From the NCBI GenBank assembly GCA_965215885.1, contig CBDCEW010000100.1, forward strand, positions 96,001 through 160,000: a stretch of 64,000 nucleotides of DNA, in the 5' to 3' direction. Source of the stretch: Candidatus Moanibacter sp. Lineage in GTDB: Bacteria > Verrucomicrobiota > Verrucomicrobiia > Opitutales > UBA2987. Below the pieces are notes generated by a model. That model made no database searches and had not been told where the DNA came from. It was given only the letters and a program-made list of their open reading frames with translations. Every line of letters begins with the position of its first letter. Positions within the stretch are counted from its first letter, which is position 1. Of this stretch, positions 39,249-50,189 are shown in pieces. A program made the translations under genes and the position numbers.

Positions 39249-41066
39249 TCAGGAGGCAATCCGATGGGGTTGCGGGTTTAAGGATTGATCCTGGCGATTA
39301 CAGACTTCGAAGAGTTCCTCAAGGAAGTTTTCTTTTCGCAGGAGCTTTTTGGGCAATCGACCCACGGCGAGGGTTTTTCTGTTCGCCCGCCAGTGACTGA
39401 AGGGGGGTGCTTTCTGTGCAGCCTGGGCAAGCTTTTGGGGCAGATTATCGATACTGCCTAAAACCAGCTCCACATAGCGGGGATTGTGTAAGTTGGCCAG
39501 GAGCATGTATTCTTCGGGGAGCGCTTCAAAGTCGCGCGTCAGATTTTTGCGCCCGTGGGTTTGACGGCGTTTGCGCTTGGAGGTGCGCCAGGTGCCTTCC
39601 AGCTCATTGGTCGTGCGTACGCTGTCTGGATGGGCCGGTGGGGGAAGCAGCCGCTGCCAGTATTTGTCCAGATGAGTGACCACGGTGCGGTAGAGTTTGG
39701 CTTTCGAGGGGTTGGTCAGGGAGGCGCCTTTTTGGCGATATTGGGCACGCAGCAACTGGAGAGCCTCGGTGAGCTCAGCGGCTTGTCCTGCTTGCAACAG
39801 ATAAGGGTCGCTTAAAGGGCAGGGGCCGCTGGCGCTGAGCCAAAGGGCATCGCGCAAAGCGCTGAAAATGCAAAAAGCGTTTTCATAGATAGTAGCGGCT
39901 TCGATGACGAGGGCATCAGCCAGATACTGCTTCAACCCGGTCGAAAGATGAAAGAAGCTTCGCAGAACAGAGCAACTGGCAGGAGCGCGGGCAAGCCACT
40001 GCTCCAGGGCGGCATGGGCGCGCACGACCCGCCGATGCCAATAAAGCAGGTAAGGATCGAAGGGAAAGCCCTGGCGGTGACCGTCGCAGGGATAATCCAA
40101 AATCCACAATTGCAGGGCCATGAGCAGTTCCCGTGCAAGGGTGGGATCGAAGGGCACTGCGAGCGCTTTGGCGGTGAGCAAATCGGCCAGGACGAGGGCG
40201 TGTTTTTCACGGAGGGCGTCACGGAGCTTTGCGGTGATGTGTTTGCGTTGCTCGCGCATGCGCTCCATGAGCTTCAATTGCCGCAAGCGCCCGTTGAGCA
40301 TCTGCTGGGGTTTTCGATAAAGCTGTTCGCCCACATTGCGGGCGAAATGATAATGGCAGACGCCATGGGGGGCCTGGAAGGTTTCGCTCTCGCAGGCCTT
40401 GCTGATCTGAGCGCTTAAATCATGATAGACATGGTGGGGTTGGCCAAAAGCCCGGGCCGCCCGGGCAAAACAGCCACTGATCGTTTCGCTCTGTTCGGAA
40501 GGCATTTTCCAGCTGCCCAAAAGGATCCCTTCGTCGGCTTCCTGAACAGCGAAGAAAACCGGCGTCTGCGGTTCCACGGTCCCATCCACCAGCCAGCGCA
40601 GGCAAGGGCGAGCGCTCAGGTAATCTTTAAGCACCGGAGCGGCCGCGGCGTGCAGCCGACCCAGATAAAAAAGAAACTTCTGCTGCATCTCATAGAGGCT
40701 GCTTTGAGCAATCTGCAGCTGCCCCGGGCCCTCGCGCAGTTCCCTGTGCACCTCTTTGAGGGTGGCGCTTTCGCACAAACATCGCTTGCCCACATAGGCA
40801 ATCAGATCGTAAGCGTAGCGACTATGCGAGGGCACGATCTGTTCCAGGCGAGCAGAACGGTAGCTGTTGCGGTGGCTCCCTTGCCCCTGCTCGCGCACAA
40901 CTTCCACCGCCTGGAAGCATCCATAGGAGAAACTGACCACCTTGCGGCGCAGGGTCTTGCGCACCTCTGAAGGACCCTCTTCGTCCTCCCGGGCATCGAA
41001 GCGATAACTCGTTTGCGCAGGCACAGCCCCCACCGTTTGCAGGGCCCGTTCAGCCTCTGCCCGCAA
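39249..41066 (-). CDS. DDE-type transposase (ORF B)
   Basis: VDGT, HDLS, CHYHF, RTTNELEG motifs resembling MULE/IS256-like transposases. Confidence 0.75.
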   Translation of the reverse strand: MRAEAERALQTVGAVPAQTSYRFDAREDEEGPSEVRKTLRRKVVSFSYGCFQAVEVVREQGQGSHRNSYRSARLEQIVPSHSRYAYDLIAYVGKRCLCESATLKEVHRELREGPGQLQIAQSSLYEMQQKFLFYLGRLHAAAAPVLKDYLSARPCLRWLVDGTVEPQTPVFFAVQEADEGILLGSWKMPSEQSETISGCFARAARAFGQPHHVYHDLSAQISKACESETFQAPHGVCHYHFARNVGEQLYRKPQQMLNGRLRQLKLMERMREQRKHITAKLRDALREKHALVLADLLTAKALAVPFDPTLARELLMALQLWILDYPCDGHRQGFPFDPYLLYWHRRVVRAHAALEQWLARAPASCSVLRSFFHLSTGLKQYLADALVIEAATIYENAFCIFSALRDALWLSASGPCPLSDPYLLQAGQAAELTEALQLLRAQYRQKGASLTNPSKAKLYRTVVTHLDKYWQRLLPPPAHPDSVRTTNELEGTWRTSKRKRRQTHGRKNLTRDFEALPEEYMLLANLHNPRYVELVLGSIDNLPQKLAQAAQKAPPFSHWRANRKTLAVGRLPKKLLRKENFLEELFEVCNRQDQSLNPQPHRIAS

Positions 41067-41083
41067 ATCATGTAACAGCTCCG

Positions 41084-41821
41084 CTACCGCGATCGGTCCG
41101 GTTTTTTTTTGAGCGAGTAAAACGCCATCACCCGCTCAATTTGCTCCCCGCTCAGCTCTACTCCCTGCTCTTGCATAAGCTCGACAAGCTCCTTGACCCC
41201 GGCCTCGGGATGGCCGATACAGGCGACCAGCAAAGCGATCACGACCATCGTTTCGAGCCCTTCGGGAGCTGCCTGCAAAGCGCCCCCGGGGTCCCCTGCC
41301 TGAACTTGTGCCGCTGTTCTTCGCCCTTGCCGCCGCTTTTTCTGTTCGGCCCCGCCCTGTTCCCCGGCCGAGACATACACGCAGTGACGCCCTTCATAGT
41401 ATCGACTCAACCGCTTCTTTCTACAAAGCACGCTTATGGGGTTGTGCACCCGTACCCCAAGGAGGGTCTCCAACTCAGCCACCGTGTAGCCGCAAAGCGA
41501 AGCTCCCACCACCGCCTCCACGGTCTCCTCCAAGGTGCCGTGGCGCGAAAAGCGCCCCTTGCGAAAACGCCACAAACCGGCCCCGTCAAAGCGCGGAATG
41601 TCTTTCAAGCTCAGGTAGCCACAATTGGCATTGTAACTGGAGTAATGGCCATATTTTTGCAAAGCCCGATAGACCGTTCGCCGCGACACCCTCTGCTCCT
41701 TCATCAGCCTCCACACCGTGCTTACCCGATCCCGCCGTACCGCTTCGACCACCTCCCTCTCTTTACGCGAAAGCTCTTCTTGCATGCACCGGCACAGTAT
41801 GGAAAGGAGGCAAAACTGCAA
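41084..41821 (-). CDS. IS ORF A, DNA-binding; probably fused to ORF B by a -1 frameshift
   Basis: YSSYNANCGYLSL..IPRFD..GLW...FSRHGTL; ends at an A9 run whose -1 frame is open into ORF B. Confidence 0.7.
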   Translation of the reverse strand: MQFCLLSILCRCMQEELSRKEREVVEAVRRDRVSTVWRLMKEQRVSRRTVYRALQKYGHYSSYNANCGYLSLKDIPRFDGAGLWRFRKGRFSRHGTLEETVEAVVGASLCGYTVAELETLLGVRVHNPISVLCRKKRLSRYYEGRHCVYVSAGEQGGAEQKKRRQGRRTAAQVQAGDPGGALQAAPEGLETMVVIALLVACIGHPEAGVKELVELMQEQGVELSGEQIERVMAFYSLKKKPDRSR

Positions 41822-42334
41822 ACTCTATTTTACATACAATGCCAATACCAACTTTCTCCAGCTCCCTTCGCTTCTACTCAATTGCCACCAGAAATCAACT
41901 CCCCGTTCAAAGCGCTTTTGTAACTGATTAATACTCAACAAGTTTCTAACTGAAAACAAACCTGCAGGAAAAGCTCTCTACCTCTAACGAACCCACACAC
42001 AACAATCGTTGAAACTCCATTCTGGCATACTATGTAATCAATAGAATCTTGCAAGTGCCTGAATAACATTTACTTTGGGTTCTCCAACCCAATTTCGTAA
42101 TTATGGGTCTTGTGCCGGGGTGTCGCGCGTTCCCTGCTATAAACCGTGTCTCTACCAACCCCTCCGCCCGTCCTTTTTCGCCTCAGTCCCGGCGTGCCGG
42201 GACTGAGGCGAAAAAGGACGGGCGGAGGGGTGCGCGGTGGAAATCGCGTATTGTAGCTGTATACCGTGCGCCACCCCGGCACAAGACCGGGGCAGCCTCA
42301 GAAACGCTAAACAGGTACTGGGTCCGACAGATCC

Positions 42335-42880
42335 CTAGTCCGTCCGCTTTTCAAAAAAGAGAATCTGAATAATGTAGATGGTTATTCCGACGGAGATTCC
42401 ACTGTCGGCGAAGTTAAAGGCGGGCCAGCGGTAACCGGGAAGGTGGAAGTCCAGAAAATCGATCACGAAACCGAGGTAAATTCTGTCGACAAGGTTGCCC
42501 ACGATTCCCCCACAGAGGAGGCCGAAAGGGATTTGCCTGGACCTGCTTTTCAATCCAAACTCGTTACGATAGTAGTAGATAGCGCCCAGCGCGATCAGGG
42601 CAAGAATCGCTAAGGCGCTGCCATAACCGGCAAGAATCCCCCAGGCCGCGCCTGTATTGCCGACGTTGGCAATGTAGAAAAATCGGGGAATGATCTCTAT
42701 GCCTCCATGAGGCCAGTAGGTTCCTGGGGCAAGTCCGGAAAATCTGAAGATCCAGAGTTTCGATAACTGATCGAGAGCCACGACAGCCAGCGCAACGATA
42801 TAAAAGGGGAGATAGCCTTCCAGTCCCGGCAAGCCGGGATCGGGCTTTATGCCTCTTTCGAAAGAGTTACTCGGTTTCAT
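42335..42880 (-). CDS. lspA: Lipoprotein signal peptidase II (N-terminus supplied by a repeat)
   Basis: LDQLSK, NTGAAWG, GNLVDR, VIDFL, WPAFNFADSGI; in the ileS-dksA-lspA run; alternative ATG at 42943. Confidence 0.92.
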   Translation of the reverse strand: MKPSNSFERGIKPDPGLPGLEGYLPFYIVALAVVALDQLSKLWIFRFSGLAPGTYWPHGGIEIIPRFFYIANVGNTGAAWGILAGYGSALAILALIALGAIYYYRNEFGLKSRSRQIPFGLLCGGIVGNLVDRIYLGFVIDFLDFHLPGYRWPAFNFADSGISVGITIYIIQILFFEKRTD

Positions 42881-43224
42881 TCCGATCCCGGCTAGCAGAC
42901 TGTCGGACTTTATGCTTCTTTCGAAGGATTTGCTCGGTTTCATTCCGACAGGCTGCTAGAATCAAGAAAATGAACCTGAGATTTGTGGGGAAGGGTACGA
43001 ACTGTCGCACAGTGGTTTCGCTATGGGCCATTTTGACCCGATCAACCCGCGAGCGAAAATCTCTCATCATCGGATTCGTAGTCAATGAAAGAATAGATAT
43101 GACAATATGTCTCAAATCTCAGGTTCATTTTCTTCCAAGCAATCTGTCGGTCTCATCTGGGTCAAAATATCGATCTGGCATTCCCGGCGTGCCGGGATTA
43201 GGAATGCTAAGTCCGACAGATTCC
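42824..43224 (-). repeat. Composite palindromic element, copy 1
   Basis: Modules with IRs ggaatctgtcgg/ccgacagatt, aagaaaatgaacctgagatttg/caaatctcaggttcattttctt and ctagcagcctgtcgga/tccgacagtctgctag; homologous to 62460-62801. Confidence 0.88.
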
Positions 43225-43258
43225 TGGCGCACCGAAGATAGAGCTCGTTCCTGCAATT

Positions 43259-44491
43259 TCAGTCTGATGTATCCGCGTCGGTAAACGGCACGGTAGCTGC
43301 CACGCTGGAATCGATGAAAACGCCTTGGCGGCTTACCTTCTTCCCGCTACTCGATTCGAATTTTTTCTGACCCTCTACCGAGAAACGGGTAAAAGGCACC
43401 GCATCCAGTCGCTCGCGGTTGATTGGTTTACCGGTAATCTCACAAATACCGTAAGTGCCTTCAAAAATCCGGTCGAGGGCCTCTTCAATCTCGAAAAGCG
43501 CCTCCTGTTCACTTGAGACGAGGCTGAGGGCAAAATCCCTGTCGAAGTTATCGGTTCCGAGATCGGCCATATGTTGGCTGTAGCTTGAGAGGTCGCCCGA
43601 ATCTTCTTTGGCGGAGCGTTTCAATGTATCTTTAGTGTGGAGATCGAGGCCGGATTGAACATGCCCGCGCAGGGCAATGAGTTTTCTATAGTACTTGATG
43701 AACTTTCTGGGAACGCGATCTATTTCCCCAGCTCGAGTGTTCCGTTTGGCGTCGGGATTGAAGCCGAGGATGTCGGTTATGGAAGCGGCCCCAAGCCGCC
43801 GGTGTGCTGTTGGAACGGCTTCTTTGACGACCTGCTTTGATGTCTGCTTAGAGGGTGTTCCAGTCTCGTCGGATTTCCCTTTCTTCTTTGCTCTCGACTC
43901 TCTCTTTTTCAGTTCTTTCGAGCGGGATCTCAGGACATCACGCACATCTTCGAGAGAGAAAACGATGGGGGTATGTTTCTTGGAGGGTAATTTGAAGACG
44001 GCTGGAGTATGCTTTGGCCTCTTGACATGTGCGCTAAACATCTGTGTGTCCCTTTCCTTCTTGGGAGCACCTTTCTTAGTCTTCCTTTTCTGGGCGCTTA
44101 GGTTCGGCTTCATTCCCGATTTTCCGGTCCGGGTCTTCTTCGTTGCAGTCTTCTTTGCCGCACTCTTTATCGTTTTCTTCACGGCGGTCGTCACAGCCGG
44201 CTTCCGCTTCGTGCGGGTGGTGGCAGGTTTCGATTTCGCGGCCACATGATTTATGGCCTTTGGGACGGGCTTCTTCGGAGAAAGAGTTTTTCTTTTAACC
44301 GTTTTCCTATTCACTTCCCTTTTCGCCGCCGTCTTTTTGGCGGCAACTTTGGTTTTCTTTGCAGTCACTACGCCCTTCTTGGAAGTGCCATGAACGGTGG
44401 TTTTACTTTTCCCCCCGGGAGTCTTTTTCGCGACACGCTTTCTCTTATTCGATGAGTTGGAAGTTCCTGGCTTTTTTTTCGTAGGCATCAT
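43259..44491 (-). CDS. TraR/DksA family regulator with a long Lys/Ala-rich histone-like N-terminus
   Basis: HMADLGTDNFDRDFALSL...EIEEALDRI..GTYGICE.TGKPI..ERL.AVPF. Confidence 0.88.
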   Translation of the reverse strand: MMPTKKKPGTSNSSNKRKRVAKKTPGGKSKTTVHGTSKKGVVTAKKTKVAAKKTAAKREVNRKTVKRKTLSPKKPVPKAINHVAAKSKPATTRTKRKPAVTTAVKKTIKSAAKKTATKKTRTGKSGMKPNLSAQKRKTKKGAPKKERDTQMFSAHVKRPKHTPAVFKLPSKKHTPIVFSLEDVRDVLRSRSKELKKRESRAKKKGKSDETGTPSKQTSKQVVKEAVPTAHRRLGAASITDILGFNPDAKRNTRAGEIDRVPRKFIKYYRKLIALRGHVQSGLDLHTKDTLKRSAKEDSGDLSSYSQHMADLGTDNFDRDFALSLVSSEQEALFEIEEALDRIFEGTYGICEITGKPINRERLDAVPFTRFSVEGQKKFESSSGKKVSRQGVFIDSSVAATVPFTDADTSD

Positions 44492-44515
44492 TACGTACGG
44501 TTTAGGTTGAGACGA

Positions 44516-47311
44516 TCAATGATTGAGCAACGGGCAAGGAATGCGAGGGCAGAAGCCATCGGCTCGTCCGTCACTGGTTTCTTCGGGCACCCATCGCCAG
44601 CACCGGGGACAGCGAAGTCCTTCACACTTTTGTGCTGATACCTCGATACCATGATTGGCGGAGTTGTCGGTGTTGAGGGAGACTTGAGAAACTATGAAGA
44701 GTTCCGGCAAAATGGCCGCGTGCTTCACGAGAAGTTGAAAGAGCTCATCTGTGTCGTTGCCCACCAGGTTGACCGCCGCCTCCAGAGACTGACCAATAGT
44801 CTTCTCCTGCCTCAGTCTCTCGAGCTCATCGTTTACCCTGCCGCGCACCTTTAGAAGGCGGTCAATTTGCGAGCAGGTCCCTGAATCAAACCATTCCTCG
44901 CGCGCTTCCGGGAAAGGTTGCAAATGGATCGAACCGTCGCCACAGGCCCGGTTTGACCGTGCATAGGAATACGCTTCGTCGGTAGTAAAAACAATCACTG
45001 GGGCAAGCAGACCGACGAGCGTCTCAAAGCAATGGCTGATGACGGTTTGCGCGGACCGCCGCTCCATCGAATCTTCCTGAAAAGTATAAAGTCGGTCCTT
45101 TAGAATATCGTGATAAATTGCCGAGAGAGTGACGGTGCAATATCGGTTAACGATCTGGTAGACCCGCTGGAATTCGTAACTCTCATAGGCCATTCTCGTT
45201 TCCACAACCACTTCCGCCGTCTTGTGAAGCGCCCATGTATCGATGGGAAACAGTTCACTGAGCGACACCGAGTCCTTCTTTGCATCGAATCCGGAAAGGT
45301 TACCGAGTTGGAATCGCAGAGTGTTGCGTATAGTACGGTAAGTCTCGACTACGTGCGAGATGATCTCTTCCGATACCCGGACGTCGTTGCGGTAATCGAC
45401 ACTCGCCACCCAGAGCCGGAGAATGTCACTACCCATTTTCTCGATTAGTTCGAGAGGTGAGACTGAATTGCCAGACGACTTGCTCATCGCTTTACCCTGC
45501 CCATCGAGGAGAAAACCGTGTGTCAGGACGGCTTTGAAAGGAGCGCGGTGGCGAGTGCCGATGGAGGTGAGGAGGGCGCTCTGGAACCAACCCCGATGTT
45601 GGTCGCTCCCTTCAAGATAGAGATCAGCGGGAGAGGAGAGTCGGGAATCCTGTTCGAGGCTCGCTACGTGGCTGGCCCCGGAGTCAAACCAGACATCGAG
45701 AATATCGTTCTCTTTGGAAAAGTCCTCTCCGTTGCACTCCCCAGTTGATTCGTAAACGAAGTCGTCCGGTAGAAATTTTTCGACCGGATCCCGAAACCAG
45801 CAGTCCGTCCCCTCTTTACTGACAGATTCTATAAATGCATCAATAATGCCTACATCGAGAATGGATTCTCCGGTTTTATTCGATCGGATGGAGGGAATGG
45901 GTACGCCCCATGAACGCTGTCGGGAAAGGCACCAATCCGGGCGATTTTCCACCATATTTCGGATGCGTTCGTACCCCCAGCGGGGAATCCATTGAACCGC
46001 GTTGTCAATTGCGTCGAGGGCCTTTTCACGAATGTCGCCTTCGCCCAACTCCATGAACCATTGTTCGGTGGCGCGAAAAATCACCGGTTCTTTGCTCCGC
46101 CAGCTGAACGGATAGTCGTGGATCACCTTGCCGGATGCAAGGAGGAGGCCTTTGTTACGAAGCAGATCGACAATCGTTGGATTGGCGTCGAAGACAAAGA
46201 CACCCTCCATGGCGGGGAATTCTCGTGTAAAGCAACCCTTTTCATCGACCGGTACGACTACTGGAAGACCGTAGCGGCGCCCGATATCGAAATCTTCGCA
46301 ACCGTGCCCGGGGGCCGTATGAACACAGCCGGTTCCCTGTTCGAGGGTAACGTGGTCACCGAGCATAACAAGGCTCGTTCGGTCGTCGAAAATGGGATGG
46401 GAACATTGCGCTTTTTCCAGTTCCTGCGCCTTAAATCGAACCGCAATCCGACCTGATTCGATGCCGCAAGAATCCATGAATGCTTCAGCCAGATCCTCGG
46501 CTACAATCGAAGTCCGGCTGTCGTGCTGAAGGGCGACGTAGTTGTGGGTGGGATGAAGAGAGATGCCCAGATTGGCGGGCAGGGTCCAGGGGGTGGTCGT
46601 CCAGATGACAATGGATACATTGTCGAGGCCTTTTAGAGAGGGATATTCTTCCGAATGAAGTAGCGGAAAACTGACAATTATGGAATCGGATGTGCGGGGA
46701 TGATATTCAATCTCGGCTTCGGCAAGAGCGGTACGAAAGAGAGGATCCCAGTGGACGACCTTGAAACCTTTCCGGACGAGCCCTCTTTTTACGAGGTCGC
46801 GAAAACATCTCAGAATGCCCGCCTCATATTCGGCATCGAAGGTCCGGTAGGGCGCGTCCCACTCCCCCAGGATTCCCAGGCGCTTGAATTGCTCACGTTG
46901 AATGCCGATATATTTTGAAGCGTAGTTGTGGCAGGATTTACGAATCTCGACCGGCGCCATCTCGTGTATTTTGGGGCCGATTTCCTTTAGCACCTGCTGC
47001 TCGATGGGTAGCCCGTGACAGTCCCAACCTGGCACATAGGGGGTGCGGAAACCACACATCGACTTGTAGCGGAGGACAATGTCTTTGAGAATCTTGTTTA
47101 AAGCGTGCCCCATATGAATGTCGCCGTTAGCGTAAGGGGGGCCGTCGTGTAAAATGAAAGTCCTGCCTTTTTCGCTTTTCTGTTGAATCCTGTCGTAGAG
47201 GCCTATCGATTCCCAGTGAGCGAGTCTTTTCGGTTCACGCTTTACCGAGTTTGCCCGCATCGGAAAGTCGGTTTCCGGGAGGTTCAGGGTCTCTTTATAA
47301 TTCTGGGCCAT
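44516..47311 (-). CDS. ileS: Isoleucine--tRNA ligase
   Basis: LHDGPPYANGDIHMGH, GWDCHGLP, WTTTPWT, DWCLSRQR, EGSDQHRGWF, AMSKS, C-terminal CPRCW. Confidence 0.98.
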   Translation of the reverse strand: MAQNYKETLNLPETDFPMRANSVKREPKRLAHWESIGLYDRIQQKSEKGRTFILHDGPPYANGDIHMGHALNKILKDIVLRYKSMCGFRTPYVPGWDCHGLPIEQQVLKEIGPKIHEMAPVEIRKSCHNYASKYIGIQREQFKRLGILGEWDAPYRTFDAEYEAGILRCFRDLVKRGLVRKGFKVVHWDPLFRTALAEAEIEYHPRTSDSIIVSFPLLHSEEYPSLKGLDNVSIVIWTTTPWTLPANLGISLHPTHNYVALQHDSRTSIVAEDLAEAFMDSCGIESGRIAVRFKAQELEKAQCSHPIFDDRTSLVMLGDHVTLEQGTGCVHTAPGHGCEDFDIGRRYGLPVVVPVDEKGCFTREFPAMEGVFVFDANPTIVDLLRNKGLLLASGKVIHDYPFSWRSKEPVIFRATEQWFMELGEGDIREKALDAIDNAVQWIPRWGYERIRNMVENRPDWCLSRQRSWGVPIPSIRSNKTGESILDVGIIDAFIESVSKEGTDCWFRDPVEKFLPDDFVYESTGECNGEDFSKENDILDVWFDSGASHVASLEQDSRLSSPADLYLEGSDQHRGWFQSALLTSIGTRHRAPFKAVLTHGFLLDGQGKAMSKSSGNSVSPLELIEKMGSDILRLWVASVDYRNDVRVSEEIISHVVETYRTIRNTLRFQLGNLSGFDAKKDSVSLSELFPIDTWALHKTAEVVVETRMAYESYEFQRVYQIVNRYCTVTLSAIYHDILKDRLYTFQEDSMERRSAQTVISHCFETLVGLLAPVIVFTTDEAYSYARSNRACGDGSIHLQPFPEAREEWFDSGTCSQIDRLLKVRGRVNDELERLRQEKTIGQSLEAAVNLVGNDTDELFQLLVKHAAILPELFIVSQVSLNTDNSANHGIEVSAQKCEGLRCPRCWRWVPEETSDGRADGFCPRIPCPLLNH

Positions 47312-47461
47312 TTTCAGCGCCTTCGGAAATAAAAGCGCCGAAACAATGGAAACTTCATTATCCAAGTCAAGCTAAGACCTTCCAGGTTGACTCCCCATCA
47401 GGATACGGGGATACCATGTGCGAGGATGTTTAAGAGGTTAATTCCGACAGATTCCTAGGCC

Positions 47462-48484
47462 GTGGCAGAACTCCTAAGCCAATTTATGGAAGGGCAGTCG
47501 CTACTCGTCCTGCTACTTCTGATCGCCTTCCTTATCTATATCCTGGGAAGGGGAGCGGAAATGCTGGTGGAAGAAGCGGCGTCGCTCTCCAGGAGTTGGG
47601 GTGTGCCCGAGGTGCTGATTGGGGCGACGATCGTGAGCTTGGGTACTACACTGCCGGAGGCGGCCGTTTCGGTGCTTGCAGCGATACAGGGTAATCCTGA
47701 TCTTGCCTTGGGAAATGCGGTTGGTTCGATTATCTGCGACACGGGCCTGATTCTCGGAATTGCAGCGGTAATATCGCCCCTTCCTCTAAGGAAGAGTATA
47801 GTGAATCGACAGGGGTGGATACAATTTGGCGCGGGAATACTGCTCGTCCTGTCCAGTATGCCCTATTCCTCTATGCGGGAGATTACCGTAAGTGGCGGGA
47901 ATTTACCGCAGTATATGGGCTTCGTCTTTCTTCTTCTGCTGATTGTCTATATCTCGATTTCCATCGGTTGGGCGAGGAGCGATTCAGGCCCGGAAGCAGG
48001 TAGAGAGAGAGCTGAATCTAAGAGGGGGAAAAGGCCCTCGCTTGTCCTGGTCAAACTGATCGTTGGGATTACTCTTGTCGTCGTATCTTCCACGATACTC
48101 ATTCCGGCGGTGGAAGAGACGGCGGTTCGGCTTCATGTTCCGGACAGCATCATAGCTGCAACCCTGGTCGCTTTTGGGACTTCCCTGCCGGAGCTGGTTA
48201 CTGCTATGACTGCTTTGCGAAAGGGGCACGGGGAACTGGCGCTGGGAAACGTAATCGGAGCGGATATCCTGAATGTGCTATTTGTCGCCGGTGCGGCGGC
48301 TTCAGTGACGCGCGGTGGATTGGAGGCGACGCCGGAATTCTTCACCTTTCTCTTTCCGACCATGTTGTTTATACTGGTTGTCTTTAGAATGGGAATATTT
48401 TTCTCCAAGGATAAGTTGGGGCGTCCTTTCGGCGCTATCCTGCTCGTGAGTTACGTTTGTTATTTGTTATTAAGCGTTTTTTGA
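47462..48484 (+). CDS. Calcium/sodium antiporter (YrbG/CaCA family)
   Basis: Two alpha repeats GTTLPE and GTSLPE; GNAVGS, GNVIGA. Confidence 0.92.
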   Translation: MAELLSQFMEGQSLLVLLLLIAFLIYILGRGAEMLVEEAASLSRSWGVPEVLIGATIVSLGTTLPEAAVSVLAAIQGNPDLALGNAVGSIICDTGLILGIAAVISPLPLRKSIVNRQGWIQFGAGILLVLSSMPYSSMREITVSGGNLPQYMGFVFLLLLIVYISISIGWARSDSGPEAGRERAESKRGKRPSLVLVKLIVGITLVVVSSTILIPAVEETAVRLHVPDSIIAATLVAFGTSLPELVTAMTALRKGHGELALGNVIGADILNVLFVAGAAASVTRGGLEATPEFFTFLFPTMLFILVVFRMGIFFSKDKLGRPFGAILLVSYVCYLLLSVF

Positions 48485-48601
48485 GAAATTTAACTTGGAA
48501 ATACTCCGTCCCGGCACAAGACCGGGGCAGCCAGTAATCGAAGGCATGATGCTAAACACTTACATGCCGGGACGGACCGCTGACTTGAAACTATTGTTAT
48601 T

Positions 48602-50173
48602 ATGTCCGACAGGCAGGTAGCGCTCATAATTCGGGACGGCTGGGGTGAGAACCACAATGCCGAGCACGATTCGTTTAATGCCGTCAAGAATGCGCGCACG
48701 CCGGTTTCGGATAGGATTGGGAAAGCCTACCCGCGCACTGAAATCATGGCATGTGGGCTGGATGTGGGATTACCGCAGGGTATCGTGGGAAATAGTGAGG
48801 TGGGGCATCAGAATATCGGAGCGGGCAGGATAGTAGACCAGGAGATCGTTCGTATCAGCCGGGCGTTTGCTAAGAGTGAGGTTCGTGCGAGTCCGGTAGT
48901 GGGCGTCTGTCTGGCGAGACTCAGGGAAACCGAAGGGAGCCTACATTTAATGGGATTGGCGTCGGATGCGGGAGTTCATTCCATTCTGGAACATTTATAC
49001 GGCCTGCTGAGGATCGCTCGAGCCGATTCGGTTCGGAAAGTCCTCATCCATATTTTTACCGATGGTCGCGATACAACACCCCAAAGCGGAATGGGGTATG
49101 TCCGGCAAATCGAAGAACAATGCCGTGAGATCGGCGTTGGGCGCATCGCCACCGTGTGCGGCAGGTATTGGAGTATGGATCGGGACCGGCGTTGGGATCG
49201 GATCGAAAAGGCCTACGCGTGTCTGACCGGAAGGAAGGCAGCAGCAGTCGCTTCGAGCGGTGAGGCGGCGGTGCGTCACTACTATGATAACCCCATTGGG
49301 GGGTCCCTTCGCGGCGACGAGTTCGTCCTCCCCACTTGGGTTGTTGACCAGGATGATAAGCCGATAGGAACGGTAAAAGACGGGGATTCGGTGGTTTTCT
49401 TTAACTTTCGCGGTGACCGACCCAGGGAGCTGACACGTGCGTTTATGGAACCGGCATTCGATAAATTCGAGCGAGGGAGAAAACTCGACATTTTCTTCGC
49501 CACCCTGACAGAGTACGAAAAGGGACTGTGCCCCAATATTATCTTTCCGAAGCGTCCTCGCATGCCGAATATTCTCGGTATGTATCTAAGCGATCTCGGA
49601 ATAAGACAATTTCGCTGTGCTGAAACAGAGAAGTACCCCCACGTCACCTTTTTCTTTAATGACTATCGGGAAGAGCCCTTTTCGGGAGAAGATCGAAGGC
49701 TCATACCGAGCCCGAAAGAGGTGGCGACTTATGACCAGAAACCAGAAATGTCGGCTCGTGGAGTTTGTAAAGCGACGGTAGATGCGATTTTACAGGAACG
49801 GTACGGCCTCGTTGTGGTCAATTTTGCCAATCCCGACATGGTGGGACATACCGGTTCGTTTGAAGCCGCCGTCCAGGCTTGCGAAACGACCGACGATTGC
49901 CTGGGTGATATTCTTCTGGCCCTTGAAAAAGTGGGAGGTTGCGCCATCGTCACTTCCGATCATGGCAATTCAGATCAGATGTGGGATCCCGTCACCAATG
50001 GTCCGCATACTGCGCATACCCTCAACCCGGTCGAGCTGGTTATTGCGGGCGAAGGCAGTGAATCGCTTAGGCTTGTGGATCGAGGTTGTCTCGCCGATAT
50101 CGCGCCCACGCTTCTCCGGTTGATGGCTATTGAGAAACCGGACGAGATGACGGGTGAGTGTCTGATTGTGTAG
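48602..50173 (+). CDS. gpmI: 2,3-bisphosphoglycerate-independent phosphoglycerate mutase
   Basis: [43 protein letters not shown]. Confidence 0.97.
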   Translation: MSDRQVALIIRDGWGENHNAEHDSFNAVKNARTPVSDRIGKAYPRTEIMACGLDVGLPQGIVGNSEVGHQNIGAGRIVDQEIVRISRAFAKSEVRASPVVGVCLARLRETEGSLHLMGLASDAGVHSILEHLYGLLRIARADSVRKVLIHIFTDGRDTTPQSGMGYVRQIEEQCREIGVGRIATVCGRYWSMDRDRRWDRIEKAYACLTGRKAAAVASSGEAAVRHYYDNPIGGSLRGDEFVLPTWVVDQDDKPIGTVKDGDSVVFFNFRGDRPRELTRAFMEPAFDKFERGRKLDIFFATLTEYEKGLCPNIIFPKRPRMPNILGMYLSDLGIRQFRCAETEKYPHVTFFFNDYREEPFSGEDRRLIPSPKEVATYDQKPEMSARGVCKATVDAILQERYGLVVVNFANPDMVGHTGSFEAAVQACETTDDCLGDILLALEKVGGCAIVTSDHGNSDQMWDPVTNGPHTAHTLNPVELVIAGEGSESLRLVDRGCLADIAPTLLRLMAIEKPDEMTGECLIV

Positions 50174-50189
50174 GGGGATCGAAAGAGTT

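Larger units (their letters stand above)
39150..42107 (-). mobile_element. Unclassified two-ORF insertion sequence (~2.96 kb)
   Basis: 24-bp IRs CCCATCGTTCTGAATTTCGGTTGG / CCCATAATTACGAAATTGGGTTGG (18/24); imperfect flanking repeat TCTTGCG/TCTTGTG. Confidence 0.8.
39099..42318. repeat. Palindromic MITE/REPIN-like element split by an IS
   Basis: Ends gtacgtgtttagcg...tgaggctgccccggtcttg and caagaccggggcagcctca...cgctaaacaggtac; perfect internal hairpin 42159-42230; related ends at 8716, 48511 and 54216. Confidence 0.75.
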
